Shown here piece by piece: positions 1 through 9,265 of a stretch of DNA of 64,000 nucleotides (within the stretch, counting starts at the first letter, position 1; every line of letters starts with the position of its first letter). Below the pieces are notes generated by a model. That model did no database searches, was not told where the DNA came from, and saw nothing but the letters and a program-made list of their open reading frames with translations. Position numbers and translations under genes: made by a program. This DNA is from a virus: positions 1-64,000 of IMG/VR virus record IMGVR_UViG_3300032323_001868. One strand, 5' to 3'.

Positions 1-837
1 GCAGAAGCAGAAGCACAACAAGCAGAAGCAGATAGGATTGCTGCAGAAGAAGCAGCAGCAGAAGCACAAGCAGAGGCAGAAGCAGAGGCAGAAGCCCAAG
101 CAGAAGCAGAGGCTAAGGCAGAGGCTGAAAGATTAGAGGCTGAAGCAGAGGCTGCTAGAGAGGCTGAAGAAGAAGCCAGGGCAGAAGCAGAACGATTAGA
201 AGAAGAAGCAGAGGCTGCTAGAGAAGCAGAAGAAAAGGCTAAAGAAGAAGCCGAAGCAAAAGAAGAAGAATTAGAAGAAGCAAAGGCTGAAGAAGAAGAG
301 GCTAAAGAAAAAGAAGAAGAATTAAAAGAAATACTTGAAGATGCTAAAGATGGAAAAGAATTAACTGAAGAACAAAAAGAAGTTGTTGTTGAGTCACTAC
401 TAGAAGATCTTAAGCCTGGAGAGGCCATCACTGCAGCAGCAATAGTCGCATCTGGAGTTTCATATGCAGATCTTCCACCATCAACACCAGTTGAACTTCG
501 TACAGATGAGAATGGGAATGCTCTTGTAATTACTGCAGAAGTGGCAGCAAATATTGAGTTGGTTCAAGATCCAGGTGCATTACTTCAGGCAGCATTTACA
601 GACCCAGGAGCAGCACTGGCAGCACTTGGAAGCATTGGTGCTGATATGACAGAAGCAGAAAGAGAAGAAGCCACAGAAATGGTTGTGGCAACAGTTGTAG
701 CAGCAGGAGCAGCAATTAATGCAGCAGCAGTAGCAGCAGGAGGGGCAACTGGAGGTAGCACAGGAGGAGGAAGTTCTGGTGGGGGTGGCGCATCTGGCGC
801 TAATTCACCAGGTTCAAGAGGAGGAAGAAAATGGTAA
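1..837 (+). CDS. 5'-truncated Glu/Ala-rich coiled-coil (TolA-like) protein with C-terminal hydrophobic segment and Gly-rich tail
   Basis: Frame 1 is open from base 1 (AEAEAQQAEADRIAAEEAAAEAQ...) into the tracked 541..837 ORF; low-complexity GCAGAA repeats. Confidence 0.8.
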   Translation, partial: AEAEAQQAEADRIAAEEAAAEAQAEAEAEAEAQAEAEAKAEAERLEAEAEAAREAEEEARAEAERLEEEAEAAREAEEKAKEEAEAKEEELEEAKAEEEEAKEKEEELKEILEDAKDGKELTEEQKEVVVESLLEDLKPGEAITAAAIVASGVSYADLPPSTPVELRTDENGNALVITAEVAANIELVQDPGALLQAAFTDPGAALAALGSIGADMTEAEREEATEMVVATVVAAGAAINAAAVAAGGATGGSTGGGSSGGGGASGANSPGSRGGRKW

Positions 838-1010
838 GAATAATAAAGAATATAATAAAAGATCTAATTGATCAGGCATGGACTCTTCTTGGAATGTTTA
901 TTGCCTGGGTTGTATTAGATGGCAGTGCAAAGACTATCGTAGGCTATGGAATCATGGGAACCCTTGGTCTTTGGATTATAACTAGTCCTATTAGAAACAG
1001 AGAGGAGTAA
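831..1010 (+). CDS. small two-TM membrane protein (59 aa)
   Basis: GGAGG RBS; MVRIIKNIIKDLIDQAWTLLGMFIAWVVLDGSAKTIVGYGIMGTLGLWIITSP; overlaps upstream stop. Confidence 0.7.
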   Translation: MVRIIKNIIKDLIDQAWTLLGMFIAWVVLDGSAKTIVGYGIMGTLGLWIITSPIRNREE

Positions 1011-1012
1011 AC

Positions 1013-1312
1013 ATGAACAGTATCACAAATATTTGGAACATTCTTATGCGTATTGTTGCGGTATTTGCAGCAAATGCACTAGCAGTAATTGGTGCGGGTG
1101 CAATTGCAGGTATCTCAGTAGCAAAGGCTATGACAGTTGCTGGACTTAGTGCAGTCGCAGTTGTAGTTGAGAAGTTGGCTCGTGCATTTATGGATGACGG
1201 CAAACTCACAAGAGATGAGATCAATGCAGCATTTTCTACCACAGATAAAAATGCAGTAACAGTGCAGGATGCAGCAGTAGAAACACGCAGAAAAAGATCA
1301 AAAACAGCATAG
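1013..1312 (+). CDS. membrane protein, two TM helices
   Basis: GAGGAG RBS; hydrophobic N half, DDGKLTRDE loop. Confidence 0.7.
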   Translation: MNSITNIWNILMRIVAVFAANALAVIGAGAIAGISVAKAMTVAGLSAVAVVVEKLARAFMDDGKLTRDEINAAFSTTDKNAVTVQDAAVETRRKRSKTA

Positions 1313-1392
1313 TTAAACATATTTAACCATGTTTGACAGCCCCTTCCAAGGGATGGTATACTTAAATATATCCAATTGGGAGGGGTTTCTGC

Positions 1393-1923
1393 ATGACTTG
1401 TATTGCAGTAGTTCGTGATGATATCAATAACAAGATATTCATGGCTGGTGATAGAGGTGCATCTGACGATGGAACTATTCTAGCACTTGATGCTCCCAAG
1501 GTTTGGAAAATTGGCCCATACTTAATTGGGTATGCAGGTGCAATGGATGGCGAAAGAATTAGATATAACTTTCATCCAACAGCACCGACAATCAAAGATA
1601 CAGATAAGTTTATGCAGACTAAGTTTATTAAAGAACTTAGAGAATTCTATAATGACTACTGGGTAGATACATCAAAAGATGGAGATCTTGGTTTGATTAT
1701 TTGTGTTCGTGGTCAAATCTATGAGCATAGTTCTGCAGATATGTCTTTATCTAAATATACATTGCCATATCTTGCAATGGGGTCAGGTGCAGAATATGCT
1801 TACGGAGTTCTTTATGCAACTGATAAACAAAAAAATGCAAGAAACAGAGTAGTTTCTGCAGTAAGTGCAGCAATTAAATTTAGCCCATCGTGCATGGGTC
1901 CAGTTGACGTAGTAAGCATTTAA
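1393..1923 (+). CDS. HslV/proteasome-beta-like Ntn-hydrolase peptidase
   Basis: N-terminal M-T-C-I-A, AGD..S, IGYAG, AMGSG motifs. Confidence 0.75.
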   Translation: MTCIAVVRDDINNKIFMAGDRGASDDGTILALDAPKVWKIGPYLIGYAGAMDGERIRYNFHPTAPTIKDTDKFMQTKFIKELREFYNDYWVDTSKDGDLGLIICVRGQIYEHSSADMSLSKYTLPYLAMGSGAEYAYGVLYATDKQKNARNRVVSAVSAAIKFSPSCMGPVDVVSI

Positions 1924-1938
1924 GGCTATACTTGTAAT

Positions 1939-2121
1939 ATGATAGACGATGATAACTATTTAGAGTTTGAGATATGGCTAAGTAATGGAATTGAGCGGGG
2001 ATGGGTAACTGAACCGTTTTGTAATACTCATGATGGTGATCCATACATGACAGAAGAAGAGCAAGAAGAGTGGGAAGCAGGGGGCGACCCATGTCAATAC
2101 GTAGTAAAACTAAAGGGGTAA
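1939..2121 (+). CDS. hypothetical protein
   Basis: leaderless start 7 nt after TATACT; CNTHDG..GGDPC motif. Confidence 0.65.
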   Translation: MIDDDNYLEFEIWLSNGIERGWVTEPFCNTHDGDPYMTEEEQEEWEAGGDPCQYVVKLKG

Positions 2122-2123
2122 AA

Positions 2124-2924
2124 ATGAAAAAGGTAGCGTTAGCAGTAGCAGTAGTTCTTGGACTTGTTTTAGTACAGCCAGTTCAAGCATCAAATCAAAA
2201 AGCATTGGTAATCATTGATTCATACTTTGACTCAAAGGTTAGTGCATCAAATATTAAGTGCACCACTATTAAAAATGAAACATGTACAGATATTGTAAAA
2301 GTTTCAAGCCCATCTCTATCTCATGCAATCAACCATGGTAATGCTATGGCAGAGGTAGCAAAGAAGCAGAGCGCAAGCGTTCCAATTATTCTTCTGGTTT
2401 CTGCAGCAGTAAGTTCTAAGTCTGTAGCAGAAGTAAATGCTGGAAACTTTATTGATGCACTTAACTGGGTAAATGTAAATTCAAATTCTGTTGGTGCAGT
2501 ATCAGTCTCACGATTTTTTAACGGTAATGGTACATGCTCTCCAGCATCAACAAACACAGCACCTTATGGTGGAGTATCAAGAGCAGATGCAACGATTAGA
2601 TCTTTAATTGCAACTCTTAAGTCTAAAAATATTCCTGTATTTGTTTCTACTGGAAATAGACCAGGGACAAAGATTGATTATCCAGCATGCATTACGGATA
2701 CAGTGTCAGTAAGCACTGGCTCATTAAATACTGCTGGAGTCTTACAAAGTCTTAACGCATTAGATGCCAATACAGACTATGTAGCAGATGCAAACATAAG
2801 TAATTTTGAATCTGCGGTATTTGGAAGAATTCCTCATACAACATCTTCCGCAACAGTGGCTGTAGCAACACAGTACCTTATTAATGGGGCATCCCCAACA
2901 AAGGTAGTTCGAGTTAATCCTTAA
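2124..2924 (+). CDS. secreted subtilisin-like (S8) peptidase-family protein
   Basis: signal peptide; IIDS, HGN, STGN, YPAC, TTSSAT motifs in S8 order. Confidence 0.6.
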   Translation: MKKVALAVAVVLGLVLVQPVQASNQKALVIIDSYFDSKVSASNIKCTTIKNETCTDIVKVSSPSLSHAINHGNAMAEVAKKQSASVPIILLVSAAVSSKSVAEVNAGNFIDALNWVNVNSNSVGAVSVSRFFNGNGTCSPASTNTAPYGGVSRADATIRSLIATLKSKNIPVFVSTGNRPGTKIDYPACITDTVSVSTGSLNTAGVLQSLNALDANTDYVADANISNFESAVFGRIPHTTSSATVAVATQYLINGASPTKVVRVNP

Positions 2925-2947
2925 TAGGTAAAGGCAGGGGGGTAAAT

Positions 2948-3670
2948 ATGAATCAGATTAAGTTCTATCCATTTGATAAAACTACTGAGATATTTGCCCC
3001 TAGGCCTGTACCAGCATCATCGATGGTGCCTGATTGGTATAAGAGACAGAACTCTGCAGGCAGTGATGAATTAACAACTAGTTTAGGTTTTACTTCATCA
3101 ACAATAAAAAGATGTATGCCAGTATTTGACTTTATGACAAGTGGATACTTAATACTATCACCTTGTGATATATATATAGATGCCAGCAATTTAGATAAAC
3201 TAAAGTATTCTGTTCCAGACGCTATTAGGGATGTTGTAAAAAATATATTTGCATCACATCATCGTGATCAATACTCAGAACTTCCATATGACAAAGAATA
3301 TTACCATAAAGATTTATTGAGGATAAATCCTTTTTGGTCATTATCTACTCCTAGCGGTTATAGCACTTTATTTACTAATCCTATTTATAAAGATCCAACT
3401 CCTCTTGATGCGGTTGGTGCTATAGTAGATACAGATAAGTATATATCTAATGGACACCTATCATTTTATGTAAAAAATGGTTTTGTTGGTGTCATTAAGC
3501 AAGGCACTCCATTGGTTCAGGTTCTACCATTTAAGAGAGATGCTTGGCATATGAATATTGTTGATGCAGATATTGCATCATCAAAAATAGATGATCAATT
3601 TTTAAAGATTCGTAGTACCTTTATTAATGGTTATAAAAATAAAATGAGATCAAAAAAAGAATACAAATAA
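2948..3670 (+). CDS. DUF6065-like hypothetical protein
   Basis: PDWYK..TIKRCMP..D..TSGY..GTPLVQVLPFKR; paralog of 42371..43102. Confidence 0.55.
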   Translation: MNQIKFYPFDKTTEIFAPRPVPASSMVPDWYKRQNSAGSDELTTSLGFTSSTIKRCMPVFDFMTSGYLILSPCDIYIDASNLDKLKYSVPDAIRDVVKNIFASHHRDQYSELPYDKEYYHKDLLRINPFWSLSTPSGYSTLFTNPIYKDPTPLDAVGAIVDTDKYISNGHLSFYVKNGFVGVIKQGTPLVQVLPFKRDAWHMNIVDADIASSKIDDQFLKIRSTFINGYKNKMRSKKEYK

Positions 3671-3674
3671 ATAT

Positions 3675-3750
3675 TGGTCTGTAGTTCAGTTGGTAGAACA
3701 CTCGACTGTTAATCGAGATGTCGCAGGATCGAGACCTGCCAGACCAGCCA
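3675..3750 (+). tRNA. tRNA-Asn(GTT)
   Basis: acceptor TGGTCTG/CAGACCA, anticodon arm CTCGA-CTGTTAA-TCGAG, encoded CCA. Confidence 0.92.
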
Positions 3751-3751
3751 G

Positions 3752-3825
3752 ACACCAGTAGCCAAGTTGGTTAAGGCCCCGAACTCATAATTCGGTTATC
3801 GTAGGTTCAAGTCCTACCTGGTGTA
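3752..3825 (+). tRNA. tRNA-Met or Ile2 (CAT)
   Basis: acceptor ACACCAG/CTGGTGT, CCGAA-CTCATAA-TTCGG, GGTTCAAGTCC; no CCA. Confidence 0.88.
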
Positions 3826-3829
3826 CTAA

Positions 3830-3904
3830 GCGAAAGTAACTCAATGGTAGAGTACTACCTTGCCAAGGTAGATGTTGCGAGTTCGAGCCTCGTCTTTCGC
3901 TCCA
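3830..3904 (+). tRNA. tRNA-Gly(GCC)
   Basis: GCGAAAG/CTTTCGC, CTACC-TTGCCAA-GGTAG, TCCA end. Confidence 0.92.
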
Positions 3905-3905
3905 C

Positions 3906-3978
3906 ACCTCTGTAGTTCAGTGGATAGAACAATGGACTTCTAAGCCATGTGTCGCAGGTTCGATTCCTGCCAGGGGTA
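3906..3978 (+). tRNA. tRNA-Arg(TCT)
   Basis: ACCTCTG/CAGGGGT, loop CTTCTAA, GGTTCGATTCC; 31-39 mismatch, no CCA. Confidence 0.85.
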
Positions 3979-4010
3979 CGTATGGTATAATTATTAAAAT
4001 TGGAGAATCA

Positions 4011-4685
4011 ATGCAAAAGATTTTGTACAAAAATGATATACTAGAAATTAAAGACTTTATTACAAAAGAAGAGTCTCAGGCTTTAGTAGATTATTGGAAT
4101 AGTCTTGATGCATGGCAACCAACATGTTTTTATAATTCTAATGTAATTGGAAATACTGGTAAACCTCATGATGCACATTGGGGAAAAATACTAAACGATA
4201 TTACTGATCGCCTTCATTTAGAAGCAGAAAATCTTTTTAATAGAAAACTTAAACTTTTAGCGCTAAGCACTCATAGATGGGATCACGGTTCGTTTGCAGC
4301 AGATCATGCAGATAATGCTGAATTAGATGGAACCCCTAATGGCTGGATGGCTAATAAACTAGTAACCATTCTTTATTTAAACGATAACTATGACGGTGGG
4401 TTCTTAACATTTAGAGATCATAACATTGCTATTAAGCCAGAAACTGGAACATGCATTATTTTTGATGTTGGTATTGATAATGTTCATGCTGTCACAGAAG
4501 TACAAAATGGTTTTAGATATACTATGTTATTGTCTTATGATTATGCGGACTCAAGTTATGAAGTAGATTTAGAAGAACTAAAACTATCTGAAAAAGAAAT
4601 GCAAGAAATTCAAAAAGAGCAGTGGAAGAACGGCATAGTGATGCCATCAACCAGCGCCACAATGCCAAGCAGCACTACTATATAG
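4011..4685 (+). CDS. 2OG-Fe(II) oxygenase (prolyl-hydroxylase-like)
   Basis: HAD..LYLND.Y.GG..H.V..V..G.RY. Confidence 0.85.
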   Translation: MQKILYKNDILEIKDFITKEESQALVDYWNSLDAWQPTCFYNSNVIGNTGKPHDAHWGKILNDITDRLHLEAENLFNRKLKLLALSTHRWDHGSFAADHADNAELDGTPNGWMANKLVTILYLNDNYDGGFLTFRDHNIAIKPETGTCIIFDVGIDNVHAVTEVQNGFRYTMLLSYDYADSSYEVDLEELKLSEKEMQEIQKEQWKNGIVMPSTSATMPSSTTI

Positions 4686-4695
4686 TGGAGTTGAA

Positions 4696-5253
4696 ATGTT
4701 AGAAAAAAAATTTTTAGGTGGTTATGATATCTTTATGTATCCTAATGTTTTTACTATAAAAGAATGTCAAGAGTATATAGATTATTTTGATTCTGAATAT
4801 TCAAAAAAACAAGAAACAAATTCTGAACTAATAGATGGTATTAAACTTGATATACCAATAGAAAATAATAGTACTGGTATTGATCAACACAAAGTTAATA
4901 CTTTAAATAATAAATTTAAGTATTTAACAGAACATGCACATAATATATCAGCAAAACTTACCACTATGCATGGACTAATATGGCAAACTGAATCTTTTGG
5001 TAACTACCACTCAGATAATTCTGATATAGACGGTAATGATATTGGGGCATCGCAATATAAGTTTTCAACAATTTTATACTTAAATGATGATTATCTCGGT
5101 GGAGAAATACTTTTTAGAGACCATGACCTATCGATAAAACTAAATGCTGGGTCCATTCTATCCTTTCCTGGAGGAATTAAAAACATACATAGGATTAACC
5201 GTGTTGCTGAAGGCAAAAGATACAATATAGTTTCATTTTTTGATGTTAACTAA
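4696..5253 (+). CDS. 2OG-Fe(II) oxygenase
   Basis: HSD..LYLNDDY.GGE..H....V..GKRY. Confidence 0.85.
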   Translation: MLEKKFLGGYDIFMYPNVFTIKECQEYIDYFDSEYSKKQETNSELIDGIKLDIPIENNSTGIDQHKVNTLNNKFKYLTEHAHNISAKLTTMHGLIWQTESFGNYHSDNSDIDGNDIGASQYKFSTILYLNDDYLGGEILFRDHDLSIKLNAGSILSFPGGIKNIHRINRVAEGKRYNIVSFFDVN

Positions 5254-5274
5254 AGCATGTGATATAATATTAAG

Positions 5275-5327
5275 GTACTGCCTTCGGGGGTACACTAACT
5301 TATTCGCTTGAAAGGGGAATAAAAATG
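5275..5327 (+). promoter_or_regulatory. ROSE-like RNA thermometer in hsp20 5'UTR
   Basis: hairpin TTATTC-G-CTT-GAAA-GGG-GAATAA buries the SD; UCGCU motif with bulged G. Confidence 0.55.
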
Positions 5328-5741
5328 GTAACACAATTTGGTCTGGATCTATTTAATGATCCTTTTTTTATTGGCTTTAACAGAGAGTTAAGCCGTCTTA
5401 ATAATGCACATAAAGTAAACTCGCAATCATATCCTCCATATGATCTTATCAAACTAGATGAAGATACATATAGGCTATCTATTGCGGTTGCAGGATTTAC
5501 CAAGGATGATATTGATGTTTCAGTAGATAATGGAACACTTATCATTAAGGGTGAGATTACAGAAGTTACGGACGCAGAAGTGGTACACAAGGGTATTGCA
5601 AGCCGTAAGTTCACACGCTCATTTGCTCTTGGTGAGTACATGGAAGTGACTGGGGCAGATCTAAAGGATGGTATGCTACATATTAATGTAGATCGTATTA
5701 TTCCTGAAGATAAAAAGCCTAGGTCAATTGCAATTAACTAA
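5325..5741 (+). CDS. hsp20: small heat-shock protein Hsp20/IbpA family
   Basis: YPPYD..AVAGF..HKGIA.RKF.RSF.L..A.LKDGML. Confidence 0.92.
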   Translation: MVTQFGLDLFNDPFFIGFNRELSRLNNAHKVNSQSYPPYDLIKLDEDTYRLSIAVAGFTKDDIDVSVDNGTLIIKGEITEVTDAEVVHKGIASRKFTRSFALGEYMEVTGADLKDGMLHINVDRIIPEDKKPRSIAIN

Positions 5742-5761
5742 ATTTCAGGACGCTACCTGGG

Positions 5762-5790
5762 ACAACCTGAGTAAGTTGTAAAACTGCTCA
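5762..5790 (+). ncRNA. H-type pseudoknot repeat, copy A
   Basis: ACAAC-C-TGAGTA-A-GTTGT-AAAAC-TGCTCA. Confidence 0.7.
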
Positions 5791-5830
5791 TTCTTTGCTA
5801 TAATAGATGTAACAAACTTTAGGAGGGTTT

Positions 5831-6616
5831 ATGGCTATCAAAGGCTCATTAGAAGCAATTATTGAAGTTGCTAAGAAAGAAGTTGGAACTATCGAGGGTC
5901 CAAAAGACAACGAAACAAAGTATGGTAAGTGGACAGGTGCAAACTTTCAGCCATGGTGTCAGTCATTTGTTTCTTGGACTGCATTTACATCTGGATTAGA
6001 TCCAAAGAAGTATCCAAAGTCTGCATCTACAGTTGCAGCAGCAGATTGGTTTAAAAAGAATAATCGTTGGGCAGATGCTCGCAACGATGATCCAACTCCA
6101 GGAGACTGGATTTATTTTGATTTCCCAGATGATGGTGTAAATCGTATTTCACATGTTGGTCTTTGCATTAAGAACAATGGCGATGGAACAATTCAAGTTA
6201 TTGAAGGAAACACTTCAGGCACTGCAAAGGGAGACCAACGCAATGGCGGAATGTGTGTAGAGAAGACTCGTGCTTATGTAAAGAACAAAAAGGGACTTCT
6301 TAACGCAGTTGTTGGTTGGGGTCGTCCAGTTTATGCAGGAGAAGAAAACGCTCCACTACTATCAAAGGGTGGTGCTGTATCAGAGTCAGTACCTACAGCA
6401 AAGCCAACAGCAAAGAAGGCTGCAGCATTTAAACCACTTAAGAATGGTTCAAAGGGCGCAGGAGTAAAAACTGTACAAACACTTCTTGGAATTAAAGCAG
6501 ATGGTGCTTTTGGTCCAGGTACTGCAAAGGCTGTTCAAGACTTTCAGAAGAAGTCTGGACTACCAACAACAGGAGTAGTAGATCAGGCAACTCTAAAAGC
6601 ACTAAAGGCCAAGTAG
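5831..6616 (+). CDS. endolysin: CHAP amidase plus peptidoglycan-binding domain
   Basis: PWCQSFVSW, SHVGL, IEGNT; C-terminal ADGAFGPGT..AV..FQ..G.VD..T. Confidence 0.9.
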   Translation: MAIKGSLEAIIEVAKKEVGTIEGPKDNETKYGKWTGANFQPWCQSFVSWTAFTSGLDPKKYPKSASTVAAADWFKKNNRWADARNDDPTPGDWIYFDFPDDGVNRISHVGLCIKNNGDGTIQVIEGNTSGTAKGDQRNGGMCVEKTRAYVKNKKGLLNAVVGWGRPVYAGEENAPLLSKGGAVSESVPTAKPTAKKAAAFKPLKNGSKGAGVKTVQTLLGIKADGAFGPGTAKAVQDFQKKSGLPTTGVVDQATLKALKAK

Positions 6617-6617
6617 T

Positions 6618-6836
6618 ATGGAATCAAAGAAGAGGTCACTCTTAAAAACAATTAGTTGGCCGTTTGTACATTTTATATTTGTTTCTGGAATAATCTATCT
6701 TGTTCTTAAGTATTTTACTGGAGAAGCAGAGTGGGAGTACGTAGGTCTATATGGACTATCATACCTAACACTGGAAATGTTATTTTACTTTACCCACGAA
6801 AGATTGTGGGCTAAGTTTGGAAACAAGGTAAAGTAA
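6618..6836 (+). CDS. DUF2061-like membrane protein
   Basis: ESKKRSLLKTISW...YFTHERLW. Confidence 0.7.
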   Translation: MESKKRSLLKTISWPFVHFIFVSGIIYLVLKYFTGEAEWEYVGLYGLSYLTLEMLFYFTHERLWAKFGNKVK

Positions 6837-6945
6837 TGAAATTTAAAATAATTTCATTTGTTGCCAATCTTCTTGGATACCAACTTGGGAAGCAGTTTCC
6901 AGGATCTCCAGTTTGGCTTTTAAGGGAAAAGAAAAAGTCAAAGTA

Positions 6946-7122
6946 ATGCCAATATATGATTATAGATGCACACAGTGCTCTAGTTCTGTTGAATACAAAA
7001 GAGATTTTGGCGACAGTACTGAGCCTGTGTGCTGTAATGAAATAATGCAGCGTCAATGGCAATCGCCAGGCGTGGTATTTAATGGCTCTGGTTTTTATTC
7101 CACAGATAATAGAAAACGATAG
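6946..7122 (+). CDS. FmdB-family zinc-ribbon protein
   Basis: MPIYDYRC..C...FNGSGFYSTD. Confidence 0.8.
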   Translation: MPIYDYRCTQCSSSVEYKRDFGDSTEPVCCNEIMQRQWQSPGVVFNGSGFYSTDNRKR

Positions 7123-7847
7123 TGACTGACTTTAATAAAGCAAAAAAACTAACAGAAGAGTTAGAGGATGCTGTTGGATATGGAACAGAAGATTTTGCTA
7201 TTTTTTTATATAGTTTAATTAAAATGCGTAAGCCAGAAAACATAGTTGAGTTAGGTACTGGCGTTGGATCAACAATGCTTTGGTCTGCATTAGCCTGCAA
7301 AGAAAATGGTTTTGGCAAAGTTACTACAGTAGATAATGGCCTTCACTGGGTAGAAGATATTCAGCATTACGATAATAGTTTATTTAAAGGTAAAAAATAT
7401 TTTGAATTTATTAATCAAATAATTAGTGAATATGATATAAAAGATTATGTTGTATTTAAAAATGAAAATATTGATATAGAGTCACTTAACAGTATTGACT
7501 TTAAAATAGATATACTTTTTGCTGACTTTGATCATGGTCCTGATACAGTTCAAAATATTATTGTAAGTTGTTTAGATAAAGTATCTGATGAATCAATAAT
7601 ATTTATAGACTCTGCCTCAACCTATTATCCATCTTATCTCTTGTTAGAGTCTTTAGTTAATAAGTTAAACTCAAATACTTTGACAGATAGTTTAAACTTA
7701 AATGATGAGGCAAAAAAGTTTATAGGTAAGTCAAAGTTTAACCTTGTTCATATTATTGAAGATAAGGATAGATCACAAAATAGCACAGCAATGATTGAAA
7801 TTAAACCTAAAAGTGAGTTTCCCAATAGCAAATTTATTAGGTTTTGA
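7122..7847 (+). CDS. class I SAM-dependent methyltransferase (Methyltransf_24-like)
   Basis: VELGTGVG, IDILFADFDH. Confidence 0.75.
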   Translation: MTDFNKAKKLTEELEDAVGYGTEDFAIFLYSLIKMRKPENIVELGTGVGSTMLWSALACKENGFGKVTTVDNGLHWVEDIQHYDNSLFKGKKYFEFINQIISEYDIKDYVVFKNENIDIESLNSIDFKIDILFADFDHGPDTVQNIIVSCLDKVSDESIIFIDSASTYYPSYLLLESLVNKLNSNTLTDSLNLNDEAKKFIGKSKFNLVHIIEDKDRSQNSTAMIEIKPKSEFPNSKFIRF

Positions 7848-7883
7848 TTTGCCTATGCTCTTGATTGGTAGTATAATAGTAGT

Positions 7884-8105
7884 ATGACAACTGATACAAT
7901 GGAAGATATCTGGGTACTAGATGCTACTGATAGATGCGACTCATGCTATGCACAAGCCTATGTTAAGGTAATCGGTAAGGCTGGTGAACTACTGTTCTGC
8001 AGCCATCACTATAATAAAATCATAGACAATGCTGTTGGTTATGATAAAATTATGAAGTTTATGGTAGAAATAATTGATGAAAGAAAGAGGCTAGAAAATG
8101 GGTAA
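7884..8105 (+). CDS. small Cys/His zinc-binding protein, actinobacterial type
   Basis: DRCDSCYAQAYV..LLFCSHH; leaderless. Confidence 0.65.
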   Translation: MTTDTMEDIWVLDATDRCDSCYAQAYVKVIGKAGELLFCSHHYNKIIDNAVGYDKIMKFMVEIIDERKRLENG

Positions 8106-8246
8106 TAATAAGCATCCGTTCAATACTACACAAATTAAAAACGGAAGAATTGTTAAACTAAGAAAAGATGGACGAATAAAGGCAGACCTTGGTCCATACT
8201 ATGTCAATCATAATAAACCTGTAGTTCGTAAGGCTGGTAACTAAAC

Positions 8247-8654
8247 ATGTATCAGTACTATGTTCGTAAGGTAGAGAATGTCGTTGATGGAGATACCATC
8301 GATGTTTTAATTGATTTAGGGTTTGACATTTTGTTTTCATCTCGTGTTCGTCTTGCTGGTATTGATACCCCAGAGTCACGAACAAGAGATCTAAAAGAAA
8401 AAGCGCTAGGCCTTGAGTCTAAAGAGTATCTAAAGAAGGCTTTGAAGGATGCTAAGTCTGTTGTAATTAAGACTGAGAAGATGGATTCATCAGAAAAGTA
8501 TGGTCGTATTCTAGGATGGATTTATATTAATGATGATACCGAATCAATCAATGATAAGATGATTAATGATGGGTATGCTTGGGGATATATGGGAGATACC
8601 AAGGTAAAGGATTTTGAGGCACTTAAAAAGGCTAGAGCAAAGTCTGGTAAGTAA
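8247..8654 (+). CDS. thermonuclease (SNase-like)
   Basis: VVDGDTID, RVRLAGIDTPE, KYGRILG. Confidence 0.9.
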   Translation: MYQYYVRKVENVVDGDTIDVLIDLGFDILFSSRVRLAGIDTPESRTRDLKEKALGLESKEYLKKALKDAKSVVIKTEKMDSSEKYGRILGWIYINDDTESINDKMINDGYAWGYMGDTKVKDFEALKKARAKSGK

Positions 8655-8908
8655 TGAGACACATACTTTACTTTACTGCTGATTGGTGCAACCCTTGTAA
8701 GCGTACCAAGCCTATTGCTGAAGAACTTGATAGAGACAATGTAATTAAGTTTCAGTTTATTGATGCTGATGACAATGGTGATCTTTGCAGGAAGTTTGAG
8801 ATTAAAGCAATACCAACATTTATTTTAATTGAAGACAACAAAGAAGTACGCCGTATGAATGGTGCCAAAACAAGAGAGCAGATTGAGGAGTTTATCAACG
8901 GTGAATAA
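8654..8908 (+). CDS. thioredoxin
   Basis: FTADWCNPCK, IPTF. Confidence 0.9.
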   Translation: MRHILYFTADWCNPCKRTKPIAEELDRDNVIKFQFIDADDNGDLCRKFEIKAIPTFILIEDNKEVRRMNGAKTREQIEEFINGE

Positions 8909-9227
8909 TGAAGATGCTATTATCGATGATTTAATTCTTCAGGGTGCCCTAGAAGTTGCAGGTATTGACAGTAAAACTGGTGAGTTTTTATATTCAGTTA
9001 CACCAAAAATGAAAGATATAATGCCAGATTTATATGAAGAGCACTTAAATACTGTTAACAAGGAGATCATGGCTTTATGGGAAATGGGGTTTGTTGATAT
9101 AGACTTCAGCGAAGATAATCCTTTGGTTAGGCTAAACTTTAAAGCACATGATGACAAAGAGATTGCCGAACTTTCTAAAGATCTTAAGTGGGCTTTAGAT
9201 GAAATTAAGCGTCATTTCATGGGTTAA
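8901..9227 (+). CDS. hypothetical protein
   Basis: GTG start after GAGGAG, coupled to thioredoxin. Confidence 0.65.
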   Translation: MNNEDAIIDDLILQGALEVAGIDSKTGEFLYSVTPKMKDIMPDLYEEHLNTVNKEIMALWEMGFVDIDFSEDNPLVRLNFKAHDDKEIAELSKDLKWALDEIKRHFMG

Positions 9228-9265
9228 ACTCTGATATAATGGTTAGATAGTATAAGGAGGTTCCC

